Assembly (NCBI GenBank): GCA_964370615.1
Contig: CAYJJY010000001.1
Span: forward strand, 1 to 35,049
Length of the DNA stretch: 35,049 nt
Reading direction: 5' to 3'
From: an uncultured Muribaculaceae bacterium
GTDB taxonomy: Bacteria; Bacillota_I; Bacilli_A; RF39; UBA660
Below, piece after piece: positions 1 through 9,582 of this stretch. The notes beneath the pieces are model-generated. The model was not told where the DNA came from. It ran no database searches and saw only the letters and a list, made by a program, of their open reading frames with translations. Both the position numbers and the translations under genes were made by a program. Numbering within the stretch: the stretch's first letter is position 1; each line of letters starts with the position of its first letter.

Positions 1-9
1 TTTCCTTTC

Positions 10-477
10 CTACCATTTGTAATGAGCAAATGCTTTATTAGCTTCTGCCATTCTGTGAGTGTCCTCACGTTTTTTAACTGCTGCTCCACTTCCGTTAGAT
101 GCATCAATTATTTCGTTTGCTAAGTTTTCAGCCATAGTATGACCACCTCTTAATCTTGAGTAGTGAACTAACCATCTTAAACCTAAAGCTTGACTTCTAT
201 CTGGTCTTACTTCGATTGGTACTTGGTAATTAGCTCCTCCTACACGACGAGACTTAACTTCTAATGCTGGTTTGATGTTAGCTAATGCTTTTTCTAAAAC
301 TTCCATTGGTTCAGAACCAGTTTTTTCTTTAATTACTTCTAAAGCATCATAAAGAATAGTTTGAGCTACACCTTTTTTACCATCAATCATAATTCTATTG
401 ATTAATTTAGTAACTAATTTTGAATTATATAATGGATCTGCTAATACATCTCTTTTAACTGCACGTCTTTTACGCAT
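10..477 (-). CDS. rpsG: 30S ribosomal protein S7
   Basis: 155-aa ORF with typical S7 sequence ([26 protein letters not shown] ... [15 protein letters not shown]). Lies directly downstream of S12, as in the str operon. Confidence 0.97.
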   Translation of the reverse strand: MRKRRAVKRDVLADPLYNSKLVTKLINRIMIDGKKGVAQTILYDALEVIKEKTGSEPMEVLEKALANIKPALEVKSRRVGGANYQVPIEVRPDRSQALGLRWLVHYSRLRGGHTMAENLANEIIDASNGSGAAVKKREDTHRMAEANKAFAHYKW

Positions 478-515
478 AATTTATTCTCCTTTCTGTAATT
501 TATATTAATAAAGTT

Positions 516-932
516 TTATTTGTTTTTAGGTCTTTTACTTCCGTATTTACTACGTCCTTGACGACGTTTTTCAATTCCAGCTGTATCTAAAGTACCACGT
601 ACTATATGATATCTAACCCCGATAAGATCTTTTACACGTCCACCACGTATTAATACAACGCTGTGTTCTTGTAAATTATGACCTTCTCCTGGGATATAAG
701 CTGTAACTTCCATACCATTAGATAAACGAACACGAGCATATTTTCTTAATGCTGAGTTTGGTTTCTTTGGTGCCATAGTTCCTACACGAGTACAAACTCC
801 TCTTTTTTGTGGAGCGTCTTGGTAAGTTCTTTTTTTGTCTTTACGGTTAAATCCGATTCCTAATACAGGTGATTTACTTTTTCTAGTTTTGTTTTTTCTG
901 CTTTTTCTCACTAACTGATTAATTGTAGGCAT
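516..932 (-). CDS. rpsL: 30S ribosomal protein S12
   Basis: The ORF track extends to 971, but the canonical S12 N-terminus [10 protein letters not shown] starts at the ATG at 932. That ATG is preceded by GAGAGGAGGAAGAAA (strong SD). Confidence 0.96.
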   Translation of the reverse strand: MPTINQLVRKSRKNKTRKSKSPVLGIGFNRKDKKRTYQDAPQKRGVCTRVGTMAPKKPNSALRKYARVRLSNGMEVTAYIPGEGHNLQEHSVVLIRGGRVKDLIGVRYHIVRGTLDTAGIEKRRQGRSKYGSKRPKNK

Positions 933-1026
933 TTTCTTCCTCCTCTCTTTACACACTACCAGGTGTTTCATTTTTAATATTTAATATAGGACTGCCTTGT
1001 CAGCACATCCAATTAAATTCCTTAAT

Positions 1027-1055
1027 AATATATCATTTTTAGAAATAAAAGTCAA
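1027..1055 (-). promoter_or_regulatory. sigma-A type promoter upstream of rpsL-rpsG
   Basis: Minus strand reads TTGACT, 17 nt, TATATT, with TG two nt upstream of the -10 (extended -10). Lies about 95 nt upstream of the rpsL start. Confidence 0.6.
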
Positions 1056-1103
1056 TAGTTTTTTTACTACTTATATTATATATTATTTATTTGGTAATAT
1101 AAC

Positions 1104-1125
1104 AAAAAATAGAGTTTTACTCTAT
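1104..1125 (-). terminator. intrinsic terminator after the 135-aa membrane protein gene
   Basis: Minus strand ATAGAGT-AAA-ACTCTAT hairpin overlapping the TAG stop, followed by TTTTTT. Confidence 0.65.
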
Positions 1126-1529
1126 TCTTTATAACCTAAGGTTTGATAATTATTACATTTTATAAACGGAGTTGCATTTTCTGCTTCATATAGGACATAA
1201 CCTTGACAATTACTATAATCTCTTACATCGTTTAAATTATCAATATATCCATATTCTAATAATGTATCTAGTTTTAAATTTATTTGTTCTGTTGTCATAT
1301 TGTAATCAGTTATAAAATTATTAGCTGATTTTCTTATTTTATTTTCTAGACTTTCAAATGTTAATGTGATATTGTTATCATGAAAATATTCTTCATTTTT
1401 TTTAAAATTCAAATTTAGTGTATCGTTTAATTTCATAACTAATAAAAAGATAACAAACCCTAAGAAGAATAAGAATAGTATAAATAACAGCATTATTCGT
1501 AAACCCCATCCTTTATTATTTAATCTCAT
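1122..1529 (-). CDS. hypothetical protein with an N-terminal transmembrane anchor
   Basis: 135-aa ORF with a hydrophobic N-terminus (IMLLFILFLFFLGFVIFLLVM) followed by a soluble domain. Start overlaps the stop of the upstream gene. No family recognised. Confidence 0.6.
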   Translation of the reverse strand: MRLNNKGWGLRIMLLFILFLFFLGFVIFLLVMKLNDTLNLNFKKNEEYFHDNNITLTFESLENKIRKSANNFITDYNMTTEQINLKLDTLLEYGYIDNLNDVRDYSNCQGYVLYEAENATPFIKCNNYQTLGYKE

Positions 1530-2185
1530 TAAAATAAATTAACGTCCTCTAGTTTTTCATTAAAACGATACAGTTTGGCTGGTCTTCCGGCAATACCATC
1601 ATTCATTTCTCCTGTATCTACTATATACCCTAGGTTGATTAGTTTTTTACGAAAGTTTCTTCTATCGATATCTTTTTGTAATACGACTTCGAAAATGTAC
1701 TGCAATTCTGGTAAAGAAAAATCACTTGGAAAGAATTTCTTTAAAATTGAGGTGTTTATTAATTTTTCTTTAATTGTTTTTATCAACTTTTCTATTACCA
1801 CTTCGTGGTCATATGCTGTTTTAGGAATTTTATTAATTTCAAACCATGCTGTTTCATAGTCTTTTATCTCTTCACATTTATATGTTAGTGTGATATTATC
1901 GATTATTCCTAAAAATGATGTAGCAATGATTCTAGTATCATTAGTTCTATTTAACTCACTAAAGGTATGACATTGTTCTATTAAAACGTTAGTCATCTTT
2001 AATTCGTTTAATACTACTTCAGAAATGTTTTCTTCAATAGTTTCATCATTTTTTAAAATATCTCCTGGTAACATCCAGTAACCTTTGTATGGTTCTGTTT
2101 TCTTTTTTATCAATAATATTTTAACTTCACCTTTATCAATTGTGAATACTCCTATCAAACTTTCTATTAAATGCTTATCCTTCAT
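1529..2185 (-). CDS. NrtR-like regulator (degenerate Nudix domain plus C-terminal winged helix)
   Basis: N-terminal Nudix-fold pattern (LLIKKKTEPYKGYWMLPGD...) with a degenerate Nudix box. C-terminus DFSLPELQYIFEVVLQKDIDRRNFRKKLINLGYIVDTGE...GRPAKLYRF matches the NrtR DNA-binding domain pattern. Confidence 0.75.
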   Translation of the reverse strand: MKDKHLIESLIGVFTIDKGEVKILLIKKKTEPYKGYWMLPGDILKNDETIEENISEVVLNELKMTNVLIEQCHTFSELNRTNDTRIIATSFLGIIDNITLTYKCEEIKDYETAWFEINKIPKTAYDHEVVIEKLIKTIKEKLINTSILKKFFPSDFSLPELQYIFEVVLQKDIDRRNFRKKLINLGYIVDTGEMNDGIAGRPAKLYRFNEKLEDVNLF

Positions 2186-2212
2186 ATACTACTCCTCCGT
2201 TTTCGCATTTAT

Positions 2213-2241
2213 ATTTTACATTATTAATTTCGATTTGTCAA
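2213..2241 (-). promoter_or_regulatory. sigma-A type promoter upstream of the NrtR-like gene
   Basis: Minus strand TTGACA, 17 nt, TAAAAT with a TG extension (aaTGtAAAAT). Lies about 28 nt upstream of the ATG at 2185. Confidence 0.55.
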
Positions 2242-2289
2242 AAAGTTATTGAATTTATTTTAATTTATGTATTTTTGACAACAAAAAAA

Positions 2290-3360
2290 CTATTCTTCTA
2301 AATAGTCTTTTAATTTTTTTGAACGTGACGGATGTCTTAATTTTCTTAGTGCTTTTGCTTCTATTTGTCTAATACGTTCTCTGGTTACACCGAACATTTG
2401 CCCTACTTCTTCTAGGGTTCTGGCTTTACCATCTTCTAGTCCAAATCGTAATTTAATTACTTTTTCTTCTCTTTCTGTTAATGTTTCTAAGATTTCACTA
2501 ATTTCATCTTTTAATAGTTCATTTGTTGTAAAATCTTCTGGACTCATGTTGTGCTCATCTTTTATGAAGTCAACTAAGTGTGAATCATCTTCTTCTCCAA
2601 TTGATGTTTCTAAACTAACTGGTTCTTGAGATATTTTTTGAATTTCTCTTATTTTTTCAACTGGCATTTTTATTTTTTGAGCTAATTCCTCTTCAGATGG
2701 TTCTCTATTTAACTCTAACGTTAATTGTCTTTGAATTCTTACTAATTTATTAATTGTTTCTACCATATGAACTGGTACTCTTATTGTTCTTGCCTGGTCT
2801 GCTATTGCTCTTGTAATAGCTTGTCTTATCCACCATGTTGCATAGGTAGAAAATTTATATCCTTTTGTAACATCAAATTTATCTACTGCTTTCATTAAAC
2901 CAATGTTTCCCTCTTGAATTAAATCCAAAAATAGCATTCCTCGACCTACATATCTTTTAGCAACTGATACAACTAAACGTAAATTGGCTTCAGCTAAGAT
3001 TGTTTTGGCCATTTCATCTCCGGCAATAATGCGGTCTGCTAATTTTAATTCTTCTTCAATTGTTAATAATTTTATTTGTCCTATTTCTTTTAAGTACATT
3101 CTTACTGGATCATTTACAGTTAAATCTTTTGTTAATGTTGTATCTTCTAAAATATCTTTTTGTTCTTCTTCTTCTTCCTCTGTTACGATTGGAATGTTAT
3201 TTTCAGAAAAAAGATTATACAATTCATCTAATGCATCAGCATCTAAATCTAATCCTTTTAAGGCTTTCGCTAAGTTTTCATATGTAACGAAACCTTGCTC
3301 TTTTCCTAATTTTACTAATTCTACTTTTCTTTCATCAAAACTTTTAATTTCACTAAACAT
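2290..3360 (-). CDS. sigA: RNA polymerase primary sigma factor (sigma-70/SigA)
   Basis: Regions 1.2 to 4.2 are recognisable ([68 protein letters not shown]). The first M of the track ORF is a TTG. The ATG at 3360 (MFSEIK) has AAGGAGAG 6 nt upstream and overlaps the dnaG stop. Confidence 0.95.
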   Translation of the reverse strand: MFSEIKSFDERKVELVKLGKEQGFVTYENLAKALKGLDLDADALDELYNLFSENNIPIVTEEEEEEQKDILEDTTLTKDLTVNDPVRMYLKEIGQIKLLTIEEELKLADRIIAGDEMAKTILAEANLRLVVSVAKRYVGRGMLFLDLIQEGNIGLMKAVDKFDVTKGYKFSTYATWWIRQAITRAIADQARTIRVPVHMVETINKLVRIQRQLTLELNREPSEEELAQKIKMPVEKIREIQKISQEPVSLETSIGEEDDSHLVDFIKDEHNMSPEDFTTNELLKDEISEILETLTEREEKVIKLRFGLEDGKARTLEEVGQMFGVTRERIRQIEAKALRKLRHPSRSKKLKDYLEE

Positions 3361-5080
3361 CTTTTTCTCTCCTTGCAATTAAATCAAATATTTGTTGACT
3401 TATTTTTATTTTCTTATCTATATCTGTTTCGTTATCTAATTTCTTAGTTAATCGTTCACATTCATCGTTTATATTTTTTTCAAATATAGCTTTTATATAA
3501 TCATATACTATATTTTCAGTAAACTCATCGTTGAATCCTAATGTTTCAATAAATCCAATCAGATTTATATTATTTGGACTTGTATTGGTTAAAAAATCAG
3601 CTATATCGATATAATTGTTTTTTTTATTAAAATATATTATATCATTACTTAATAAGCGATATTCTTTATCTGGAAAAAAAACGCTTTTATTATCAACTAT
3701 TTTAATTATATCTTTACTTTTTAACATGTAATAAATTAATCCAGCTTGGGCTTGGATATATTTATTGGTTTTTATTAAATTTGGTTTTATAATAATTTCT
3801 TTTTTTTCAATGTTATTTAATTTGCTTTTTAAAAAATCAATTTCCAAATCGGTTTCTGTGCTTAACTTTTTGATTGTCATTTCTCTTAACACTTCATCTT
3901 CAATTAGATTTAATTCTTTGATAATGGTATTTACATAATTTGCTTTATCTTCAAGCGAGTTTATGTCAATATTTTTTTTATGATATAACAGTTTAAAATC
4001 CATTAAACTCATTGGATTGTCTATTTTTTCTTGGAATTTTTCTTTTCCGTATTTCAAGATGTATTCGTCTGGGTCTAGTTTTTCTTCTAAAACGATTATT
4101 TTAGGGATTATATTGCTTTTTACAAGTTCGTCACAACTTGCAAATGTCGCTTTTACCCCAGCCTTATCACCATCAAAACATAATAAAACATTACTAGCTA
4201 ATTTTTTTATTAATGTAACATGATTTTTGGTAAAGGCTGTTCCCATAGTAGCTATAACATTTTTAACACCTGCTTGATAACATCTAATTACATCCATGAA
4301 ACCTTCAGTAATTATAACACAATCTTTTTTACGGCATTCTTCTTTGGCTTTGTAGTAGTTAAATAAAAACTCTCCTTTTTTAAATAAACTATGTTCTTTA
4401 CTGTTAATGTATTTTGGCCCATCGTCGTTGTTGTATAACCTTCCACTATAACCAACTACTCTATTATTTATATCATATAAAGGAAATATTATTCGGTCAT
4501 AGAAAAAATCGTGGAAACCTCTGTCATCTTTTATAACTAAAGCGCTTTCTATTAAGTCTTTTTCATTAAATTCTTTTTTTTGTAATAAATTAGATAAGGC
4601 ATCGACTTTTTTTATAGCTAGTCCAATATTAAATTCTTTTATTAATTCATCAGTTATACTTCTTTTATTTAAATATTCTTTAGCTGGTTTTCCTAAACTG
4701 GTATTTATATTATTCAAATAAAATTTTTGTGATATGTCATATATGTCAAAGATGTGATTATTTACATTAGTTTTTCTTTCAGTTTTTATATCTAGTGCTA
4801 TTCCGGCCATATCGGCTGTCATTTTAACTGATTCTAAAAATGTTAAATTATCATACTCCATTAAAAAATTAAAGACATTACCAGCTCTATGACATGAGAA
4901 GCAGGTGAAGATTTGTTTTTCTGATGAGACTGATAGTGATGGAGTTTTATCTTCGTGAAAAGGACATTGAGTAAAGTAATTTTTCCCTCTTTTAGTTAGA
5001 GTTAAATACTTTCCTATGACATCTACTATATCGACACTATTTCTTATTTCATTGATTGTTTCACTACTAATTGTTGCCAT
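3353..5080 (-). CDS. dnaG: DNA primase
   Basis: Zinc-ribbon motif [14 protein letters not shown]...FTCFSC and a TOPRIM region ([10 protein letters not shown] ... CFDGDKAG). Classic dnaG-sigA pairing. The ATG at 5080 (MATISS) is preceded by AGGTGAG; the track's first codon at 5086 is GTG, inside the SD. Confidence 0.93.
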   Translation of the reverse strand: MATISSETINEIRNSVDIVDVIGKYLTLTKRGKNYFTQCPFHEDKTPSLSVSSEKQIFTCFSCHRAGNVFNFLMEYDNLTFLESVKMTADMAGIALDIKTERKTNVNNHIFDIYDISQKFYLNNINTSLGKPAKEYLNKRSITDELIKEFNIGLAIKKVDALSNLLQKKEFNEKDLIESALVIKDDRGFHDFFYDRIIFPLYDINNRVVGYSGRLYNNDDGPKYINSKEHSLFKKGEFLFNYYKAKEECRKKDCVIITEGFMDVIRCYQAGVKNVIATMGTAFTKNHVTLIKKLASNVLLCFDGDKAGVKATFASCDELVKSNIIPKIIVLEEKLDPDEYILKYGKEKFQEKIDNPMSLMDFKLLYHKKNIDINSLEDKANYVNTIIKELNLIEDEVLREMTIKKLSTETDLEIDFLKSKLNNIEKKEIIIKPNLIKTNKYIQAQAGLIYYMLKSKDIIKIVDNKSVFFPDKEYRLLSNDIIYFNKKNNYIDIADFLTNTSPNNINLIGFIETLGFNDEFTENIVYDYIKAIFEKNINDECERLTKKLDNETDIDKKIKISQQIFDLIARREKDV

Positions 5081-5195
5081 ATTCACTCACCTAATTATTA
5101 ATATACGACAAAAGAATACAATTTCCTTTTTTTTATGTATATTTTTTTTATTTTTTTTCATATTATTAGTATATTGTGATAAAAAAGGAGTTTTT

Positions 5196-5732
5196 ATGGA
5201 CTTAAAAGCAATTAAAATTGTTGGTGTTTTTGTTATTTTTTTATTATGTTTTCCGTTTCATTTTATTTATGATTTTATGCCCAATAGTTTATTTAGTATA
5301 TTTTTTCCAGTCAATGAGAGTATTTGGGAACATATGAAGTTGATTTTAACTTCTTATTATGTTTATAGTATTTTGGAATTTTTCTTATTTAAAAGAAAAA
5401 ATATTGCGGTTAATAATTTTTTATTAAATGTTTTTTTAACGCCTATTTTGGGAATTAGTTTATATTTACTTATTTATTTACCGCTTTTTAACTTATTTGG
5501 TGAGCAAATGTTTATTAGTATTGGTTTGTTATTTTTTATAATTATTTTTGAACAGATATTTAGTTATTTAATTTTAACTTTTAATGAAATTTTTTACCAA
5601 AATATAATTGGATTTATTGGAATTATTATTACTATTATTATTTTTGGTTATTTAACTTATAATCCGTTTTTAAATGATTTATTTATCGATCATTCTAAGA
5701 ATCAATATGGAATAAATTATTTTATAAAATAA
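5196..5732 (+). CDS. multi-pass integral membrane protein, function unknown (possibly DUF6512-like, uncertain)
   Basis: Only convincing plus-strand gene. The ATG at 5196 (MDLKAIK) is preceded by AAAAAGGAG. About 5-6 hydrophobic segments. The track ORF start at 5016 is an antisense-to-dnaG extension without an SD. Confidence 0.7.
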   Translation: MDLKAIKIVGVFVIFLLCFPFHFIYDFMPNSLFSIFFPVNESIWEHMKLILTSYYVYSILEFFLFKRKNIAVNNFLLNVFLTPILGISLYLLIYLPLFNLFGEQMFISIGLLFFIIIFEQIFSYLILTFNEIFYQNIIGFIGIIITIIIFGYLTYNPFLNDLFIDHSKNQYGINYFIK

Positions 5733-5763
5733 AAACACCTAAGCAGATGCCTAAGTGTTTTTT
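5731..5763. terminator. bidirectional-looking intrinsic terminator
   Basis: AAAAA-ACACCTAAG-cagatgc-CTAAGTGT-TTTTTT. One A/A mismatch in the stem. A-tract 5' and T-tract 3', directly after the plus-strand gene stop. Confidence 0.65.
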
Positions 5764-5854
5764 GTTATTTAAAATAACTAATCTATATCAAACACTAAAT
5801 GTTAGTGGTTATGTGAAACTAATACTAATATATGCATTTAAAAATAATTAATGC

Positions 5855-6601
5855 TCAACACCCCCTACAAGTAATTATTTTTTCATTATCTAAATTTATT
5901 AATACACTTCCATCAAGGGCTGTTTGATAAATAACTGAGTTTTTTAAATTATCTAACACTTGTTGATTTGGATGCCCATAGCGGTTATTTTCACCAACTG
6001 ATATCAAACTTATTTGGGGGTTTATTTTTTCTATAAATGATAAGCTACTACTTGTTTTAGAACCATGATGCGCTACTTTCAAGTAATCTATTTGCGGTAA
6101 ATTATAATTTTTTAATAAATTTAGTTCTGCTTTTTCTCCAATATCTCCAGTAAATAAAAGATTTTTATTATTAACATTGATTAATAAGACTAAACTATCT
6201 TCATTCTCATCATTATATGCTTGATTTATAAATTTGAGTGTGTGATTATCTACTTTTAATTCTGCTTCACTTATGTTTATATAATCTGTTTTAGAATTTA
6301 TAATTTCTAATTCTTTATAGTTATTATTGTAACTATTTAAAATTATTTTATTTACTTTAAAATTATTTATTAAGTTTAGAGCTTCTCCTAAGTGATCTTG
6401 ATCGCCGTGACTTAAAATTAAATAATCTAATTTATTAATACCTCTACTTTTTAAATATGGAATTATTTTATTTAGTGCCATGTTATAACTTTCTTTATAT
6501 GCCCATCCTTCACTATAATTTAGGACACCTCCTGTATCGATTAGAATGTTGGTGTTGTTGAGTTCTAGTAAGAAACAATCACCTTGTCCTACATCTATCA
6601 T
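5855..6601 (-). CDS. comEC: ComEC C-terminal metallo-beta-lactamase domain fragment
   Basis: 248-aa ORF with MBL motifs DVGQGDC, SHGDQDHLGE and AHHGSKTSSS. It has no SD and no independent N-terminus. The frame stays open for 10 codons upstream of the ATG, where it meets a T7 homopolymer (plus-strand 6627-6633). Confidence 0.85.
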   Translation of the reverse strand: MIDVGQGDCFLLELNNTNILIDTGGVLNYSEGWAYKESYNMALNKIIPYLKSRGINKLDYLILSHGDQDHLGEALNLINNFKVNKIILNSYNNNYKELEIINSKTDYINISEAELKVDNHTLKFINQAYNDENEDSLVLLINVNNKNLLFTGDIGEKAELNLLKNYNLPQIDYLKVAHHGSKTSSSLSFIEKINPQISLISVGENNRYGHPNQQVLDNLKNSVIYQTALDGSVLINLDNEKIITCRGC

Positions 6602-6740
6602 TGTTAAATAATTGCCGGGTATTATATTTTTTTATATTTAGATGAATTATAAGAATTATCATTAAAACTATATATTTATTTTTTTTAAGACTTAATGTAA
6701 TTATTATAAAATATAAAATAATTATATAAATATTGTAAAA

Positions 6741-7841
6741 TTAAAAAGAAAAAATAAGTCCGTAATCATTAAAAAAAAGACTTAAGCTTTCTAATGTGGT
6801 AGTTAAAAAAGTAATATCAATAGGAATTATTAATGTTATTAGTAATAGTGGGAAAATAAAATATGCTATTAAGGGGACAAAAATTAAATTTAAAATGATA
6901 CTTAAAAAGTTTAAATAATAAAAATTCATCATTAAAATGGGGATGCTTACTACAAAACAAACAAATGATGTTTTCAATAGTTTTTTTAGGTAATTATTTT
7001 CATTGGGGGGGAATTTTAATAAATAGAAAGTTATAGTGAAACTAAAAATAAAACCGATATCGTATATTATAAAAGGATTATATAATAGTAGTATAAATGC
7101 TATTAGAAATAACAAATCTTGATTATTTATTTTATTTTTAAAAACAAAACAACCTACTGCTCTTATTATTGATGGTGTGAAATTAGCTAAGAATGCATAA
7201 AATAGCAAAAATATTGATATTACAGTGTGTTTTTTTATTACTTTTGATACTATATTTACTAATAATGTTACGTGCATACCTGATAGAGCTAGTAAATGAC
7301 TGATACCATTCAATTGAAAAGAGTTAGTTATTTCTTCACCTAAGTAACTTTTATCTCCTAAGATAAAGGTATTTAAATAGTTTTGGTTAGGGTTGTTATT
7401 AATATGGGTTTTCAAATTATTTTTTATTGTATATAGTAAATTATTATTTTCTTTTGTTTTTTTTATTTCTGTAGCATCTAAAATATAGTATATTTTTTTA
7501 CTTTTTAAATAATCTTTATAATTAAATTGATTAAATAAAGTATTTTCGGAAGGATAACTTAAATTGCCTGTTACTTTTAAATAGTCACCTAATTGAAATG
7601 TTTCAAAATGTTTTTTTTCTGCTTCTGAATCTAGATAGTAATTTATTATTATTTCTTTTGAGACTATCACTACTTTATCTCCAGTTATTTCGATATTTTT
7701 TATAATTAATTCAGTATCAATTGAACCAATGTTATAGTTTGTTTTATAAATATCTTTACTAATTACTATAAAACAGTAAATAATTATACTAAATAGTAAT
7801 ATTATTTTTAATCTTTTGGAAAGTTGCATCTCCGATTCCAC
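6741..7841 (-). CDS. comEC: ComEC N-terminal (OB-fold/DUF4131-like plus Competence membrane domain) fragment
   Basis: 366-aa polytopic membrane ORF containing the ComEC/Rec2 core (LNGISHLLALSGMHVTLL). Follows comEA. Alternative ATG start at 7829. Ends at an in-frame TAA (6741-6743), after which the same frame stays open. Confidence 0.85.
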   Translation of the reverse strand: MESEMQLSKRLKIILLFSIIIYCFIVISKDIYKTNYNIGSIDTELIIKNIEITGDKVVIVSKEIIINYYLDSEAEKKHFETFQLGDYLKVTGNLSYPSENTLFNQFNYKDYLKSKKIYYILDATEIKKTKENNNLLYTIKNNLKTHINNNPNQNYLNTFILGDKSYLGEEITNSFQLNGISHLLALSGMHVTLLVNIVSKVIKKHTVISIFLLFYAFLANFTPSIIRAVGCFVFKNKINNQDLLFLIAFILLLYNPFIIYDIGFIFSFTITFYLLKFPPNENNYLKKLLKTSFVCFVVSIPILMMNFYYLNFLSIILNLIFVPLIAYFIFPLLLITLIIPIDITFLTTTLESLSLFFNDYGLIFSF

Positions 7842-8445
7842 TTACTTCCATTATTTCTTCAATTGTTTTGAAATTCCCATTTTCTTCTCTGTATGTTATG
7901 ATGGCTTTTGCTTTTGATTCTCCTATTCCACTTAATGTCATTAGTTGTTCTAGTGTTGCTTTATTAAGTGAGATTTTACTATTGTCTTCAGTTTCTGTTA
8001 TTGGTTCTTCTATACAAGCAATATTTTCTGGTAACTCAGGGCAGTAACATTCTGTTTCAATTATTTTAACACTTGTTTCTCCTGATGTCATCACTTCTAT
8101 TTCTTGTTTTGAGTAGATAATTATAACATCTTCATCATGTAATATTTTGCTTAAGTTAATTACTGTTGTATCTGATTTTTCTGTGAATCCACCACTTTCA
8201 TTTATAGCATCAATTACCCGACTATTTGCTTTCAATTCATATATTCCAGGATTAACTACCTCTCCTTTGATATCAATTTTTATGGTTTGAATTTCGTTTT
8301 CTAGTGTGGGTGTTGGGGTTGTAGTCATAATGGGTTCATTTTTTGGAATAATTAATATTAAAACAATTATAAGTGGGATTAGTAATAAGCAATACTTGTA
8401 CTTTAATAATTCGTATTTTTTTATATAATATTTTATATGATTCAT
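7789..8445 (-). CDS. comEA: competence protein ComEA (SLBB plus helix-hairpin-helix DNA-binding)
   Basis: N-terminal TM anchor, SLBB-like GEVVNPGIYELKANSRVIDAINESGG, and a C-terminal HhH pair (LNKATLEQLMTLSGIGESKAKAIITYREENGNFKTIEEIMEVSGIG). SD TAGGAGGTGA. Confidence 0.92.
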   Translation of the reverse strand: MNHIKYYIKKYELLKYKYCLLLIPLIIVLILIIPKNEPIMTTTPTPTLENEIQTIKIDIKGEVVNPGIYELKANSRVIDAINESGGFTEKSDTTVINLSKILHDEDVIIIYSKQEIEVMTSGETSVKIIETECYCPELPENIACIEEPITETEDNSKISLNKATLEQLMTLSGIGESKAKAIITYREENGNFKTIEEIMEVSGIGDATFQKIKNNITI

Positions 8446-8494
8446 TTTTCACCTCCTATAAGTTATATAGGCTAAGTTTTTTAATTTTCCTTTT

Positions 8495-8520
8495 AAAAAA
8501 AAACATCTGTTAAGATGTTT
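8495..8520 (-). terminator. intrinsic terminator after the CaCA antiporter gene
   Basis: Minus strand AACATCT-TAAC-AGATGTT followed by T9. Overlaps the TAA stop. Confidence 0.75.
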
Positions 8521-9466
8521 AGAAAAATATTATGTATCCATAATAGATTATAAAAATAATAAACATTATAAATCCTTCAACTTTATTTAAAACATATCCT
8601 TTTCTAGCAAATAAGAATAAAACAATTGAAGATAGTAACATAATTATGAAATCTACTACTTGGAAGGCATTTGGGATGATATTACCAAATAACGCTACTG
8701 GTATTCCTAGAACTACACAAATATTAAAGATGTTACTACCAATAATATTTCCAATTAATATGTCTTGTTCTCCTTTACGAGCTGCTGAGATTGATGTTAC
8801 TAATTCTGGTAATGATGTTCCTAAAGCTATTACTGTTAAGGATATCATACGTTCACTAATATTTAAATAATTAGCAATATTTATAGCTTGAGCAACAACT
8901 AGATCACTGGAAACTACTATTGCTATAATTCCCAAAATCATGAATACAATTGATTTAAACATTGAATTTTTAGGTAACTCTTGTTCACTTGGTCTATTTC
9001 TCATAATACTTATTAAGTAATAAATAAAAATTATGAAGAATAATACGATTACTATTCCATCTGATCTTGAAATCATATTTATAGTTTCTAAATTAAAAAC
9101 TACATCAAAAAATAAAACTGAAAGTACAAAAGACAATAGCATATAAATTGGTATTTCTTTTTTTACGGTATTACTTTTTACTTTTATTGGTTTTATCATA
9201 CAGGCAATACTTAAAATTAAGAGTGTGTTTATTATATTACTACCTATAACATTTCCAAGGACTAAATCACCTGAATCATTAATTAATGATTGCATACTAA
9301 CTGCAAACTCAGGAGCACTTGTACCAAAGGCTACTATCGTTAATCCTATAACCATTTTTGATAATTTAAAATGTAGCGCGGTATCACTAGCAGAATCAAC
9401 AAAAATATCGGCTGCTTTTATCAAAATGATAAATCCGACAACTAATAATAAAATACTTACTAACAT
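8519..9466 (-). CDS. calcium/sodium antiporter (CaCA / YrbG family)
   Basis: 315 aa and about 10 TM segments. The two alpha-repeat signatures GNVIGSNIINTLLILS and GNIIGSNIFNICVVLG are present. Confidence 0.9.
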   Translation of the reverse strand: MLVSILLLVVGFIILIKAADIFVDSASDTALHFKLSKMVIGLTIVAFGTSAPEFAVSMQSLINDSGDLVLGNVIGSNIINTLLILSIACMIKPIKVKSNTVKKEIPIYMLLSFVLSVLFFDVVFNLETINMISRSDGIVIVLFFIIFIYYLISIMRNRPSEQELPKNSMFKSIVFMILGIIAIVVSSDLVVAQAINIANYLNISERMISLTVIALGTSLPELVTSISAARKGEQDILIGNIIGSNIFNICVVLGIPVALFGNIIPNAFQVVDFIIMLLSSIVLFLFARKGYVLNKVEGFIMFIIFIIYYGYIIFF

Positions 9467-9491
9467 AAATTTCTCCTATCTAATCTTTTTA

Positions 9492-9520
9492 ATTATATAA
9501 ATATATTCATCTAAAGTCAA
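9492..9520 (-). promoter_or_regulatory. sigma-A type promoter upstream of the CaCA gene
   Basis: Minus strand TTGACT, 17 nt, TATAAT. Confidence 0.6.
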
Positions 9521-9582
9521 TATCTAATTAATTTTATTCTTTTGTATTTTTAAAAGTATTAAAAAAAGAGTTTTAACTCCTT

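Larger units (their letters stand above)
5855..7841 (-). pseudogene. comEC: comEC/rec2 disrupted by one in-frame TAA and one 1-nt homopolymer frameshift
   Basis: After the TAA at 6741-6743 the same frame continues stop-free for 54 codons, through 6602 and a few codons beyond (FYNIYIIILYFIIITLSLKKNKYIVLMIILIIHLNIKK...), which is TM-like sequence. Removing one base from the 7-nt homopolymer at 6627-6633 joins it to KNIIPGNYLTMIDVGQGD of the MBL domain. Confidence 0.75.

Noticed and set aside
977-1026. Possible regulatory hairpin in the rpsL 5' UTR (GGATGTGCTGACAAGGCAGTCC).
   Set aside because: Only short, imperfect complementarity (GGA...TCC, CTG...CAG). I cannot support a specific ribosomal-protein leader motif from the sequence alone.
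1575-1859. Plus-strand ORFs listed in the track at 1575-1859, 2984-3382, 3060-3287, 4017-4223, 8646-8870, 9225-9500, 9950-10141, 11547-11735, 12075-12329, 12604-12831, 14898-15134, 15276-15527, 19594-19776, 21117-21320, 25084-25302, 27040-27261, 28157-28348, 30019-30381, 31747-31947 and 32272-32460.
   Set aside because: All lie antisense inside well-supported minus-strand genes. They have low-complexity Leu/Phe/Ser/Ile-rich translations typical of shadow frames in AT-rich DNA, and they lack SD sequences.
5016-5195. N-terminal 60-aa extension of the plus-strand membrane ORF.
   Set aside because: The extension is antisense to the dnaG 5' end and lacks an SD. The internal ATG at 5196 has AAAAAGGAG at proper spacing.
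6602-6740. Treating the comEC gap as a genuine intergenic region with a promoter for a separate MBL-hydrolase gene.
   Set aside because: The gap is stop-free in the upstream frame and encodes TM-like sequence. The MBL ORF has no SD, and its conserved N-terminal residues continue upstream of its ATG up to the homopolymer. A disrupted single gene explains the data better.
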